Of a stretch of DNA of 64,000 nt, positions 19,587 to 29,699 are shown one piece after another. The notes beneath the pieces were generated by a model. The model was not told the origin of the DNA. It worked only from the letters and a program-made list of their open reading frames with translations, and did not search any database. How positions within the stretch are numbered: the first letter of the stretch is position 1; each line of letters opens with the position of its first letter. The stretch lies in NCBI GenBank assembly GCA_905236875.1, contig CAJOQT010000020.1:8981-72980 (forward strand), in the 5' to 3' direction. This DNA comes from an uncultured Prevotella sp. GTDB taxonomy: Bacteria > Bacteroidota > Bacteroidia > Bacteroidales > Bacteroidaceae. Position numbers and translations under genes: made by a program.

Positions 19587-21272
19587 ATGAAAAGATTTTT
19601 GATATTGACAATACTCTTGTCTGTGGTTTTCACAAGCACAAGGGCTGTGCCTGCTCAGCCGGGTGTGTGGCGTACGATGACGCTGCATGACAATTCGGTC
19701 GTTGAGGTTCAGTTAGTGGGTGACGAATGCTTGCATTACTGGCAGGCCGCCGATGGGCGTATGTTTGACGATTATGGTCAGGCGTTGAACCACTGGGATC
19801 TGCAGCAACGGCTGCTCTCTTCAAACAAAAGACGCATGAGTGCGGCCCGTCGGCAGGGCATCCGCAGAGAGGGTATCCGTCGGGAGAGCACCTCCACTAT
19901 TCCCATCAGGAACTATGAGGGAGAGAAGCGCGGTCTGATCATTCTGGTCGCTTTCCAGAACAAGGCTTTCTGTGATGGTCATGATCAGGCATTGTATGAC
20001 CGTATTGCCAATGAAAAGGGCTTCGCCAGCAGTGACGGGTTCCGTGGCAGTGTACACGACTATTTCCTTGACCAGAGCCGAGGACTGTTCGACCTGACCT
20101 TTGATGTGGTCGGTCCTGTCCTGATGCCCAATGACTATGGCTACTATGGCGAGAACGGGGGACCTTACGATTTCGACCTGCATCCTGGTGAGATGGTGGT
20201 CACTGCCTGTCAGGCAATTGTCGATGAGGTGAACTTTCGTGACTACGACTGGGACGGTAACGGTGAGGTGGATCAGGTGATGATTATCTACGCAGGACGT
20301 GGGGAAGCCAGTGGAGGCGGAGCAAATACCATCTGGCCTCATGAGTGGTGTCTCACGGAAGCCGAGGGAGCCCCCCTTGAACTCGATGGAGTGAGAATCG
20401 ACACGTATGCCTGCTCCTGTGAGATGCGAAGCGATAGCAGCATTGACGGCATTGGAACGACTTGTCATGAGTTCTCCCACTGCCTTGGATTGCCAGACAT
20501 GTATGACATAGACATAGACTATGGCGGCAATTTCGGTATGGGAAGCTACTCGCTCATGGATCACGGCAGCTATAACGGCAACTCTTTCCTACCTGCCGGC
20601 TATACCAGCTTTGAGCGGATGTGTTGCGGATGGCTGACACCGACGGTACTGACTGACAACATGGAGGTGGCAAACATGAAGGCTCTCAGCGATGGGGGAG
20701 AGGCATATATTTTATATAATGATGCCTGGCCCGATGAGTTCTACCTGTTGGAGAACCGTCAGGAAACAGGCTGGGACCAGAAAATTCCCGAGTCCGGCAT
20801 GTTGATCCTACACGTAGATTATGATGAGACGGTATGGTATTACAACCTGGTGAATACAGCAGCTGACTACAGCGATAAAGAGGGCTACGGTCCTGGAGCC
20901 GTCAACGACCACGAGCGGTGTACCATCTTCCATGCCGACGGCTATGATTATGGTTTCTGGGCATCACCCTATCCCTATTACAGCAACAACAGCCTGACGC
21001 CCGATTCCCAGCCGGCTGCCATACTTTATCATCCGAACAGTCAGGGGAAGACATTCATGAGCGTGCCCATCCTGGACATTACGCAGAACAGCAACGGTAT
21101 CATGAGCTTCCATACTGGCGAAGCTACAGGTATTGCTGAAATGAGAGATGGAGAAAATGAGAGAAGGAGGGGTGAAGATGCTTGGTACAGCCTTGATGGA
21201 AGGAGGGTTCATGCACAAGGCACCATGCCGGGCAGAGTGTATATTTATAAAGGTAAAAAAGTAAAAAGGTAA
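19587..21272 (+). CDS. M6-family (immune inhibitor A-like) secreted metalloprotease with Prevotella-type C-terminal sorting domain
   Basis: Signal MKRFLILTILL, DYDWDGNGEVD, IWPH, CHEFSHCLGLPD, SLMDHG Met-turn, FYLLENRQ; C-terminal WYSLDGRRV..G.VYIYKGKKV. Confidence 0.9.
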   Translation: MKRFLILTILLSVVFTSTRAVPAQPGVWRTMTLHDNSVVEVQLVGDECLHYWQAADGRMFDDYGQALNHWDLQQRLLSSNKRRMSAARRQGIRREGIRRESTSTIPIRNYEGEKRGLIILVAFQNKAFCDGHDQALYDRIANEKGFASSDGFRGSVHDYFLDQSRGLFDLTFDVVGPVLMPNDYGYYGENGGPYDFDLHPGEMVVTACQAIVDEVNFRDYDWDGNGEVDQVMIIYAGRGEASGGGANTIWPHEWCLTEAEGAPLELDGVRIDTYACSCEMRSDSSIDGIGTTCHEFSHCLGLPDMYDIDIDYGGNFGMGSYSLMDHGSYNGNSFLPAGYTSFERMCCGWLTPTVLTDNMEVANMKALSDGGEAYILYNDAWPDEFYLLENRQETGWDQKIPESGMLILHVDYDETVWYYNLVNTAADYSDKEGYGPGAVNDHERCTIFHADGYDYGFWASPYPYYSNNSLTPDSQPAAILYHPNSQGKTFMSVPILDITQNSNGIMSFHTGEATGIAEMRDGENERRRGEDAWYSLDGRRVHAQGTMPGRVYIYKGKKVKR

Positions 21273-21311
21273 AAGAGTAAACCTCAAACCTCAAATTTCA
21301 AACTCCAAATC
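21248..21311. repeat. AAAGGTAA octamer array followed by TCAAACC/TCAAATT heptamer array
   Basis: aaaggtaaaaaagtaaaaaggtaaaagagtaaa then cctcaaa cctcaaa tttcaaa ctccaaa. Confidence 0.7.
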
Positions 21312-22052
21312 ATGATGAAGAACCTGCTTAATAGAAAGAGTATTCGTAAATATGCGGACAAGGAAGTGAGTGACGAACTGCTTAACCGTCTGCTTCATGA
21401 TGCTGCCCGAACGCAGACTATGGGGAACCTGCAGCTGTATAGTGTGGTCGTCACCCGTTCGCAGGAGATGAAGCAGCGGCTGGCACCGGCTCACTTCAAC
21501 CAGCCTATGGTGACAGAGGCTCCTGTGGTGCTTACCATTTGTGCCGACTTCAACCGTACTACGCAGTGGTGTCTTAACAGGAAGGCGCAGCCAGGCTATG
21601 ACAACCTGCTGTCGTTCTTCAATGCGGCCATTGATGCCCTGCTCTATACACAGACCTTCTGTAACCTGGCCGATGAGGAAGGACTGGGCTACTGCTATTT
21701 GGGAACTACCGTATATATGCCGCAGATGATTATCGATACGCTCCAGCTTCCTCGCCTCACCATGCCAGTAGCCACAATTACCTTGGGATGGCCGGCCGAG
21801 AATCCACCCCAGAGCGACCGTCTGCCCCTGGCCTCGTTCGTGCATCAGGAGACGTATGAGGACTATACGCCGCAGGACATTGACACCTATTATAAATATA
21901 AGGAACAGTTGGAGGAAAACCAATGTTTCGTGGAGATTAATGGGAAAGAAACTCTTGCTCAGGTGTTTACAGATATCCGCTATACAAGGAAAGACAATGA
22001 AGCCCTGTCCGAGACGTTTCTGCAGACCTTAAAACATCAGGGATTCATGTGA
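21312..22052 (+). CDS. Nitroreductase family protein (NfsA/FRP-like)
   Basis: RKSIRKY, TMGNLQLYSVVV, GLGYCYLG, ITLGWP..DRLP. Confidence 0.92.
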   Translation: MMKNLLNRKSIRKYADKEVSDELLNRLLHDAARTQTMGNLQLYSVVVTRSQEMKQRLAPAHFNQPMVTEAPVVLTICADFNRTTQWCLNRKAQPGYDNLLSFFNAAIDALLYTQTFCNLADEEGLGYCYLGTTVYMPQMIIDTLQLPRLTMPVATITLGWPAENPPQSDRLPLASFVHQETYEDYTPQDIDTYYKYKEQLEENQCFVEINGKETLAQVFTDIRYTRKDNEALSETFLQTLKHQGFM

Positions 22053-22473
22053 GCTTCTTGACGAGGGTGAGGACGTTCTCACCCTTGGGTGAAGCGGTGG
22101 TGCGCTCATAGCTTACCTCGTCCATGTAGCTGCGGATGAGGTAGATACCGAGTCCGCCGATAGGACGCTCCTCGGCAGGCAGTGAGGTGTCTGGCTCTTT
22201 GACGGCGGTAGGGTCGAATGGCTTTCCGCTGTCGCGGATGACAAAGGTCAGCGACGTGTCATCCGCATGAGCTTCCACATGGATGTCGCCTGTCGTTCCT
22301 TCCGGGTAAGCGTAGTTGATGACATTGACGACAGCCTCCTCCATGGCGAGATTCATGCCCATAGTACTTTCGGCATCGAGATGGATAGTCTCACATATCT
22401 CCTCGACAAATTCACCCAGTTGGATAATTTCATCGAGGTTATTGACCAGACTCAAATGACGTGATACTTCCAT
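22045..22473 (-). CDS. HATPase_c_2 / RsbW-like anti-sigma-factor kinase domain protein
   Basis: LAMEEAVVNVINYAY, IRDSGKPFDP, IGGLGIYLIRSYMDEV. Confidence 0.88.
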   Translation of the reverse strand: MEVSRHLSLVNNLDEIIQLGEFVEEICETIHLDAESTMGMNLAMEEAVVNVINYAYPEGTTGDIHVEAHADDTSLTFVIRDSGKPFDPTAVKEPDTSLPAEERPIGGLGIYLIRSYMDEVSYERTTASPKGENVLTLVKKLT

Positions 22474-22526
22474 GACTTATAGGATTATTATATGATAACG
22501 TTTCCCGTTGTATCGTTTTAGGTGTT

Positions 22527-22594
22527 GCAAAATTACAAAAAAAACTTTATTCGTCATGCTTCATTCTCATTTTTTTTGTAATTTTGCCCCAAAA
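22527..22594. promoter_or_regulatory. Divergent promoter cassette (copy 1) for the RsbW-like gene and hflX
   Basis: caaaatta (minus-strand TAATTTTG) and TAATTTTG at 22579-22586; near-identical to 24734-24800. Confidence 0.7.
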
Positions 22595-22621
22595 TTATGC
22601 AAAAGCTATAGTCAGACAAGT

Positions 22622-23905
22622 ATGAAGGAGTTTGTGATTTCCGAGGCAAAGGTTGAAACTGCCGTGTTGGTGGGACTGATTACCCAGCAGCAGGACGAGG
22701 CAAAGACAAAAGAGTATCTGGATGAGTTGGAGTTTCTGGCCGAGACAGCGGGAGCCGTTGTGGTGAAGCGTTTCACGCAACGTGTCGGCGGTCCCAGTCA
22801 GGTGACATACGTGGGTAGCGGCAAGCTGGAGGAAATCAAGCAGTATATATGGCCCACTCCTAACCATGAGGAGCCCCAGGCGGGTATGGTCATCTTCGAC
22901 GATGAGTTGAGTGCCAAGCAGATCCGTAACATCGAAAAGGAGCTGAAGGTGAAGATCCTGGACCGTACGAGTCTTATTCTCGATATCTTTGCCATGCGTG
23001 CGCAGACGGCAGAGGCGAAGACGCAGGTGGAGCTGGCGCAGCACCGGTATATGCTGCCCCGACTGCAACGTCTGTGGACACACTTGGAACGACAGGGCGG
23101 CGGCTCCGGTAGCGGAGGCGGTAAAGGCTCTGTGGGACTGCGTGGACCTGGTGAGACACAGTTGGAGATGGACCGTCGTATCATCCTGCACCGCATCACC
23201 CTGCTGAAACAGCGTCTGGAAGAGATCGACAAGCAGAAGACAACGCAGCGCAAGAACCGCGGACGACTGATCCGCGTGGCGCTTGTCGGCTATACGAACG
23301 TAGGCAAGAGCACGCTGATGAACCTGTTGGCGAAGAGCGAGGTGTTTGCCGAGAACAAGCTGTTTGCCACGCTTGACACCACAGTACGCAAGGTGACCAT
23401 CGAAAACCTGCCGTTCCTGTTGGCTGACACCGTGGGATTCATCCGTAAGCTGCCTACCGACCTGGTGGATTCCTTTAAATCGACACTTGACGAGGTTCGT
23501 GAGGCCGACCTGCTGGTGCATGTCGTCGATATCTCGCATCCTGACTTCGAGGAACAGATCAAGGTGGTCGATAAGACACTGGCAGACCTGGGATGTGCGG
23601 ACATGCCGAAGATGATGGTGTTCAACAAGATCGATGCCTATACCTGGGTGGAGAAGGAAGAGGACGACCTCACCCCCATGACCAAGGAGAATGTTTCGTT
23701 GGAAGAGCTGAAGCAGACGTGGATGGCGAAGAGCGAAGAACTAAACGCGAAGAGTGAAGGATTTGCTGTCACTCCCATCTTTATCTCTGCGAAGAATAAG
23801 GAAAACATCGACGAACTGCGTGAGGAACTGTATAAAAAAGTAAGGGAACTTCATGTGCAGAAGTACCCTTACAATGATTTCCTCTATGATATAGTTGAAA
23901 GTTAA
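22622..23905 (+). CDS. hflX: Ribosome-splitting GTPase HflX
   Basis: [48 protein letters not shown]; start MKEFVIS downstream of the promoter box. Confidence 0.97.
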   Translation: MKEFVISEAKVETAVLVGLITQQQDEAKTKEYLDELEFLAETAGAVVVKRFTQRVGGPSQVTYVGSGKLEEIKQYIWPTPNHEEPQAGMVIFDDELSAKQIRNIEKELKVKILDRTSLILDIFAMRAQTAEAKTQVELAQHRYMLPRLQRLWTHLERQGGGSGSGGGKGSVGLRGPGETQLEMDRRIILHRITLLKQRLEEIDKQKTTQRKNRGRLIRVALVGYTNVGKSTLMNLLAKSEVFAENKLFATLDTTVRKVTIENLPFLLADTVGFIRKLPTDLVDSFKSTLDEVREADLLVHVVDISHPDFEEQIKVVDKTLADLGCADMPKMMVFNKIDAYTWVEKEEDDLTPMTKENVSLEELKQTWMAKSEELNAKSEGFAVTPIFISAKNKENIDELREELYKKVRELHVQKYPYNDFLYDIVES

Positions 23906-24696
23906 ATCAGATTATCCTTTTCAATATCCTTGAAGTACTTGTAGGTGCCGACCTTCAGTTCGTCAGTGGCAGGCTCGTCGCAGACGATGATGCCGTGCTG
24001 GTGCTGCTGGAGGGCAGAGATGGTCCACTCGTGGCATACGGCACCCTCGATGGCAGCCTTCAGGGCACGTGCCTTGTGATGGCCGTTGACCAGAATCATC
24101 ACTTCCTTGGCATCCATGACAGTACCGACACCGACAGTCAGTGCAAGCTTGGGCACCTTGTTGACGTCGTTGTCGAAGAAGCGTGAGTTGGCGATGATGG
24201 TATCGGTGGTCAGCGTCTTTACACGTGTGCGGCTGCTCAATGAAGAGTAGGGCTCGTTAAAGGCGATGTGTCCGTCGGGGCCGATACCTCCGAGGAACAG
24301 GTCGATGCCGCCGGCTTCGCGGATCATCTCCTCGTAGTGTGCGCACTCGGCAGCAAGATCAGGAGCATTGCCGTTGAGGATATGGATATTCTCCTTGGGG
24401 CAGTCGATGTGGTTGAACAGGTTGCGGGCCATGAAAGAGTGGTAGCTCTCGGGATGTTCCTCGGGCAGTCCTACGTATTCATCCATGTTGAATGTCAGTA
24501 CGTTCTTGAAGCTGACACGTCCTTCCTTGTTGGCCTTGACCAGACAGGCATACATACCTTCAGGTGACGAACCGGTGGGAAGGCCCAGCACAAAAGGTTT
24601 CTCTGGAGTGGGGTTTGCCTCGTTGATGCGACGGATGACGTGCTCGGCAGCCCACTGTGACATTTTCTCGTAATTTGGTTCAATGATAACTCTCAT
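23902..24696 (-). CDS. nagB: Glucosamine-6-phosphate deaminase
   Basis: [40 protein letters not shown]. Confidence 0.97.
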   Translation of the reverse strand: MRVIIEPNYEKMSQWAAEHVIRRINEANPTPEKPFVLGLPTGSSPEGMYACLVKANKEGRVSFKNVLTFNMDEYVGLPEEHPESYHSFMARNLFNHIDCPKENIHILNGNAPDLAAECAHYEEMIREAGGIDLFLGGIGPDGHIAFNEPYSSLSSRTRVKTLTTDTIIANSRFFDNDVNKVPKLALTVGVGTVMDAKEVMILVNGHHKARALKAAIEGAVCHEWTISALQQHQHGIIVCDEPATDELKVGTYKYFKDIEKDNLI

Positions 24697-24733
24697 AATT
24701 GTACGGTTTTTATTGTGTTGTGAAAAATATGCC

Positions 24734-24800
24734 GCAAAATTACAAAAAAAACTTTATTCATCACGCTTCATTCTTCTTTTTTTTGTATCTTTGCCCAAAA
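24734..24800. promoter_or_regulatory. Divergent promoter cassette (copy 2) for nagB and the DUF4954 gene
   Basis: caaaatta on the left, TATCTTTG at 24786-24793; near-identical to 22527-22594. Confidence 0.7.
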
Positions 24801-24820
24801 TTTTTATAATACCTATTATT

Positions 24821-26674
24821 ATGAGTACGTATAGACAACTGACACAAACCGAAATTGAGATTTTAGAGAACAACGTCTGCTGGGCTGAGGACTGGCAGCG
24901 AGTCATGGTAGCAGAAGGTTTCAAACCCTATAATTTCCATCGTGTGATGTTCTATGGTGACATCCGCCTGGGTGAGTTCAACAAACAGGTGGAAGTGACG
25001 AAAGGCTTCTTCAAGCATTCTGGTATCAACGATGCCACGCTGCGCAACGTCAGTGTGGGCGATGACTGCCTGATAGAGAAAGTGGGTAACTTCATCAACA
25101 ACTACACGATAGGCAACGACTGCTTCATCTCCAACATCTCGACGCTGGAGACAACAGGCGACGCAACCTACGGACAAGGCTCGACCATCTCCGTGCTTAA
25201 CGAGATGGGTGACGGCAATGTCGTCATCTTCCGTGACTTGAACTCACAGCTGGCAGCCTTCATGGTGAAGCATTCCAGAGACAAACTGTTGAAGCAGCAG
25301 CTGACGCAGATGATTGAAGACGACTTGCGCGTACAGCGTCCGGACCGCGGCACCATCGGCAACAACGTGAAGATCATCAATACCAAGGACATCACCAATA
25401 CCGTCATCAAGGGTGACTGTGAGATTAACGGTGCCGCCCGTCTGCTGGAGTGTACCATCATGAGTTCACGTGATGCCTCGGTATATATAGGAACCGGTGT
25501 CATCTGTGAGAACTCCATCATCTGCGATGGTTGTTCCATCAACAATTCCGTGAAGATGCAGGACTGTTTCGTGGGCGAGGCATGTCAAATTACCAATGGT
25601 TTCTCGGCCGAGGCCAGTCTCTTCTTCGCCAATTCGTTCATGGCCAATGGTGAGGCTTGTGCCGCCTTCTGCGGACCGTTCTGCGCCTCACACCACAAGA
25701 GCTCGCTGCTGATAGGTGGAGAGTTCTCGTTCTATAATGCCGGTTCGAACACCAATTTCTCGAACCATGCCTACAAGATGGGGCCTATGCACTACGGCAC
25801 TCTGGAGCGTGGCACAAAGACTGCCTCTGGCTCGTATGTGCTGATGCCTGCTACCATTGGTGCCTTCAGCGTCTGCTTTGGTAAGCTGATGCACCACCCC
25901 GATACCCGGAACCTGCCATTCTCGTACCTGATGGCCTACGGTGACGACTGCTACCTGGTGCCTGGCCGTAACATCACGACGGTGGGACTGTATCGTGACA
26001 TCAAGAAATGGCCAAAGCGTGACAAGCGTTCGCGTCAGTCCAAGAAGTCAATCATCAATTTCGACTGGCTCTCACCCTTTACCGTCGGAGAGATACAGCA
26101 GGGCATCAAGATCCTGGAGTCGCTACGCAGTGCCTCCGGTGACAATGTCTCGACCTATAACTTCCATGAGTATGTCATCAATGCATCGTCGTTGCGTAAG
26201 GGACTGAAGTACTACGACATCGCTCTGCGTATCTATATGGGTGCCGTGCTGAAGCGTGCCCAGAAGGAGGGTTATCTGGAGAAACCGGAAGATGAGACAG
26301 GCGTAGGTCCATGGGCTGACCTGTCTGGTCTGCTGTTGCCTGTCAGTGAGGAAAAGCGGCTCATCAACGATGTCAAGAACGGCAGTATTGACAACATCCA
26401 GCAGGTGCTCGAGCGCTTTGATGAAATCAACAACCACTATGCCCAGTACCGTTGGGCATGGAGCTATCAGCTTATTCTTGACTATTACCATCTGGAGAGG
26501 TTGGATGAGCAGGCTTGTGAGCGTATCCGTGAAGACTATGTCAAGGCGCGTCGTGCCTGGATTGCCGAGATCCGCAAGGATGCCGAGAAGGAGTTTGCCC
26601 TGGGCGATGTCGAACAGGAGGTGTTTGATGACTTTGTCTCGAAGCTCGACCACGAGATAGACTTTGAAAATTAA
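24821..26674 (+). CDS. DUF4954 family protein (left-handed beta-helix-rich, Bacteroidetes)
   Basis: YRQLT..EI..LE, NGEACAAFCGPF..SHHKSSLLI, NAGSNTNFSNHAYKMGP, KWPKRD. Confidence 0.85.
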   Translation: MSTYRQLTQTEIEILENNVCWAEDWQRVMVAEGFKPYNFHRVMFYGDIRLGEFNKQVEVTKGFFKHSGINDATLRNVSVGDDCLIEKVGNFINNYTIGNDCFISNISTLETTGDATYGQGSTISVLNEMGDGNVVIFRDLNSQLAAFMVKHSRDKLLKQQLTQMIEDDLRVQRPDRGTIGNNVKIINTKDITNTVIKGDCEINGAARLLECTIMSSRDASVYIGTGVICENSIICDGCSINNSVKMQDCFVGEACQITNGFSAEASLFFANSFMANGEACAAFCGPFCASHHKSSLLIGGEFSFYNAGSNTNFSNHAYKMGPMHYGTLERGTKTASGSYVLMPATIGAFSVCFGKLMHHPDTRNLPFSYLMAYGDDCYLVPGRNITTVGLYRDIKKWPKRDKRSRQSKKSIINFDWLSPFTVGEIQQGIKILESLRSASGDNVSTYNFHEYVINASSLRKGLKYYDIALRIYMGAVLKRAQKEGYLEKPEDETGVGPWADLSGLLLPVSEEKRLINDVKNGSIDNIQQVLERFDEINNHYAQYRWAWSYQLILDYYHLERLDEQACERIREDYVKARRAWIAEIRKDAEKEFALGDVEQEVFDDFVSKLDHEIDFEN

Positions 26675-26697
26675 CGTTAAGATTAAATATTAAAGAA

Positions 26698-29601
26698 ATG
26701 AGTAGATTATTCTGGGTAATTGTTTTACCTTTTTACCTGTTTGCTTTTTTACCTTCATCTGCACAGCAATATAAGTATGTGACTGTGCCCAATGACCCGA
26801 TGAACACGCGTATCTATACGCTGGACAACGGTCTGAAGGTGTATTTGAGTGTCTATAAGGAACAGCCACGCATACAGACGTACATCGCCGTACGCACGGG
26901 TGGCAAGAATGACCCGGCAGAGACGACGGGTCTGGCCCATTATCTGGAGCATCTGATGTTCAAGGGTACCAGACTCTTCGGTACAAGCAATCCGGAGGCA
27001 GAGGCTCCCCTGCTCAACGAGATTGAGCAGCGCTATGAGGCCTACCGTAGGCTGACAGACCCGGAACAGCGTCGTCAGGCCTATCACGAGATAGACAGTG
27101 TGAGCCAGGTGGCTGCCCAGTACTTCATTCCCAATGAGTACGACAAGCTGATGGCTGCTATCGGTGCCGAGGGAACGAATGCCTACACCAGCACTGACGT
27201 GACCTGCTACACAGAAGATATCCCCAACAATGAAGTGGAAAACTGGGCGAAGATTCAGTCGGACCGTTTCCAGAACATGGTCATTCGTGGCTTCCATACG
27301 GAGCTGGAGGCTGTGTATGAGGAGTTCAACATCAACTTGACACGTGATTCACGTAAGGCCTACGAGGCATTGCTGGCCAAGTTGTTCCCCAACCATCCAT
27401 ACGGTCAGCAGAGTGTCATCGGTACACAGGAACACCTGAAGAACCCTTCCATCACGAATATCAAGAACTACTTCAACAAGTGGTATGTGCCCAACAACAC
27501 CGCTATCTGTATGTCGGGTGACTTTGATCCCGAACAGGTTATCCGTATCATTGACCGGTACTTCGGATCGTGGAAAGCCAGTACCAACCTGGTTTATCCC
27601 ACTTTCCCGCAGGAACAGCCGATTGCGGCTCCTATTGACTCCACAGTCATTGGCAATGAAGCAGAGAACATCATGATAGGATGGCGCTTCAAGGGAGCCG
27701 GCGATGCACAGATGGACACGCTCAACATCATCAGCAGCATGCTGGCCAACGGACGTGCAGGACTCTTTGAACTGAACCTGGAGGAACCGATGAAGCTGAT
27801 GAGCGCCAGTGCCTTCGTCTATGACATGGCCGACTACTCGGCCTTCATCCTCAACGGCCGTCCCAAGGACGGACAGTCGCTGGAGGAGGTTCGTGACCTG
27901 ATGTTGGGTGAGTTGGAGAACCTCAAGGCCGGCCGCTTTGACGAGGACCTGTTGCCTTCGGTGGTAAACAATTACAAACGCAGCTTCTATCGTCGGTTGG
28001 AGGATAACTCAAGTCGTGCTGATATGTTTGTCGAGTCGTTTGTCAACGGTTCTGACTGGGCAGACGATGTCACTGTTTTGGACCGTATGTCGAAGATGAC
28101 ACGTCAGCAGATCATTGACTTTACCAAGCGTCATTTCCTCAACGACTATGTATGCATCTATAAGCGTCAGGGTGTCGATTCTACCCAGAAGGCCATAGAG
28201 AAACCGGCTATCACGCCTATTCCCACCAATCGTGACCAGAGCAGCCAGTTCCTTCGTGACATCCAGGCATCGCATGTCGATCCTATCCAGCCGCGTTTTG
28301 TCGATTTCAGACGTGACCTCACGGTGACTAGCGCGAAGAACGGCCTGCCTGTTTTGTACAAGCAGAATACCGAGAACGGCCTCTTCAACCTCATGTTCCT
28401 CTATGAGTTTGGCGACGAGGACGACCCACGCTACGAGATAGCTGCCGAATACTTGATGGACTATCTGGGAACGGCCGCCAAGACTGCCAGCCAGTTCAAG
28501 CAGGAGTTCTACAAGCTGGCCTGCGATGCCAGCATCTCTACAGGTACCAACAGCCTGAATATCAGCCTGAACGGTCTGAACGAAAACATGCCACAGGCGC
28601 TGCAGCTGTTAGAGGAGCGTATCCAGCAGGCTGTCGTTGACCGTGAGGCATGGCAGAGCTATGTTGATATCGTACTCAAGGCACGTGCTGACCGTAAGGC
28701 CAATCAGCAGTCGAATTTCTCCTACCTGCGTCGCTATGCCCAATATGAGAAGCACTTCGACATGATGACCAATGACGAGCTGAAGCAGGCAGACCCGCAG
28801 GTGCTCATTGACCTCATCAAGGGTTTGAAGAACTATAAGCATCATATTTTCTACTATGGACCGACTGAGCTCAGCCAGTTCCTGACCGTCATGGATCAGA
28901 AACACTCTACGGCTGATCGTCTCCTTGATGTTCCCGAGGGTCCTGTCGCTCATCCAGTCACCACTCCTTCCTCGGAGGTATGGTTTGCTCCATACGATGC
29001 CAAGAACATCTACATGGTGATGTTCCACAACGAAAACCGTGACTGGCATCCTGAGGAGGCCGCGCTCAAGGAACTCTTCAATGAGTACTATGGCGGCTCC
29101 ATGAATGCCATCGTATTCCAGGAGATGCGTGAGGCACGTGGTCTGGCCTATTCTGCTTCGGCATGGTACAACACACCATCCCGCAAGGGCTTCTACGAGA
29201 ACTATCAGACCTATATTATCACACAGGCCGACAAGATGGTGGATTGCGTGACACACTTCAATGAGATTCTCGATACCATCCCACAGTCAGAGGGTGCCTT
29301 CCAGATTGCCAAGGATGCACTGATGAAACGACTGGCCAGTCAGCGTACCACGAAATTCGGCGTGCTCAGCGCCTACTGGTCTGCCCGTCAGCTTGGCATT
29401 GACTACGACGAGAATGAGCTGATCTACCGTGACCTGCCGGCACTTACGCTTCAGGATATCGTGAACTTTGAGAAGACATACATGGCTCGTAAGCCCTACC
29501 GTTACATTATTCTCGGCAATGAGGAGATGCTCGACTGGGACTTCCTGAAGAATATCGGTCCGGTGCGTAAACTCACTACCGATGAGATCTTCGGGTACTG
29601 A
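26698..29601 (+). CDS. M16 (insulinase-family) zinc peptidase
   Basis: YTLDNGLKVYL, GLAHYLEHLMFKGT (HxxEH), NAYTS, FQEMREARGLAYSA. Confidence 0.95.
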   Translation: MSRLFWVIVLPFYLFAFLPSSAQQYKYVTVPNDPMNTRIYTLDNGLKVYLSVYKEQPRIQTYIAVRTGGKNDPAETTGLAHYLEHLMFKGTRLFGTSNPEAEAPLLNEIEQRYEAYRRLTDPEQRRQAYHEIDSVSQVAAQYFIPNEYDKLMAAIGAEGTNAYTSTDVTCYTEDIPNNEVENWAKIQSDRFQNMVIRGFHTELEAVYEEFNINLTRDSRKAYEALLAKLFPNHPYGQQSVIGTQEHLKNPSITNIKNYFNKWYVPNNTAICMSGDFDPEQVIRIIDRYFGSWKASTNLVYPTFPQEQPIAAPIDSTVIGNEAENIMIGWRFKGAGDAQMDTLNIISSMLANGRAGLFELNLEEPMKLMSASAFVYDMADYSAFILNGRPKDGQSLEEVRDLMLGELENLKAGRFDEDLLPSVVNNYKRSFYRRLEDNSSRADMFVESFVNGSDWADDVTVLDRMSKMTRQQIIDFTKRHFLNDYVCIYKRQGVDSTQKAIEKPAITPIPTNRDQSSQFLRDIQASHVDPIQPRFVDFRRDLTVTSAKNGLPVLYKQNTENGLFNLMFLYEFGDEDDPRYEIAAEYLMDYLGTAAKTASQFKQEFYKLACDASISTGTNSLNISLNGLNENMPQALQLLEERIQQAVVDREAWQSYVDIVLKARADRKANQQSNFSYLRRYAQYEKHFDMMTNDELKQADPQVLIDLIKGLKNYKHHIFYYGPTELSQFLTVMDQKHSTADRLLDVPEGPVAHPVTTPSSEVWFAPYDAKNIYMVMFHNENRDWHPEEAALKELFNEYYGGSMNAIVFQEMREARGLAYSASAWYNTPSRKGFYENYQTYIITQADKMVDCVTHFNEILDTIPQSEGAFQIAKDALMKRLASQRTTKFGVLSAYWSARQLGIDYDENELIYRDLPALTLQDIVNFEKTYMARKPYRYIILGNEEMLDWDFLKNIGPVRKLTTDEIFGY

Positions 29602-29617
29602 TATTTATGGTGACAAC

Positions 29618-29660
29618 ACAAAAGAGGGGTAGTGCGGCATTTGCGCTACCCCTCTTTTGT
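29618..29660. terminator. Bidirectional rho-independent terminator
   Basis: acaaaagaggggtagtgc ... gcgctacccctcttttgt hairpin between convergent genes. Confidence 0.88.
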
Positions 29661-29699
29661 TGGAATTGCTATCCCCTTACCTGTGAAACCCAGGTTTCC

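Noticed and set aside
19849..19890. RRQGIRREGIRRES 15-bp triplication in the M6 protease propeptide
   Set aside because: Local in-frame duplication in a low-constraint linker with no other copy in the window
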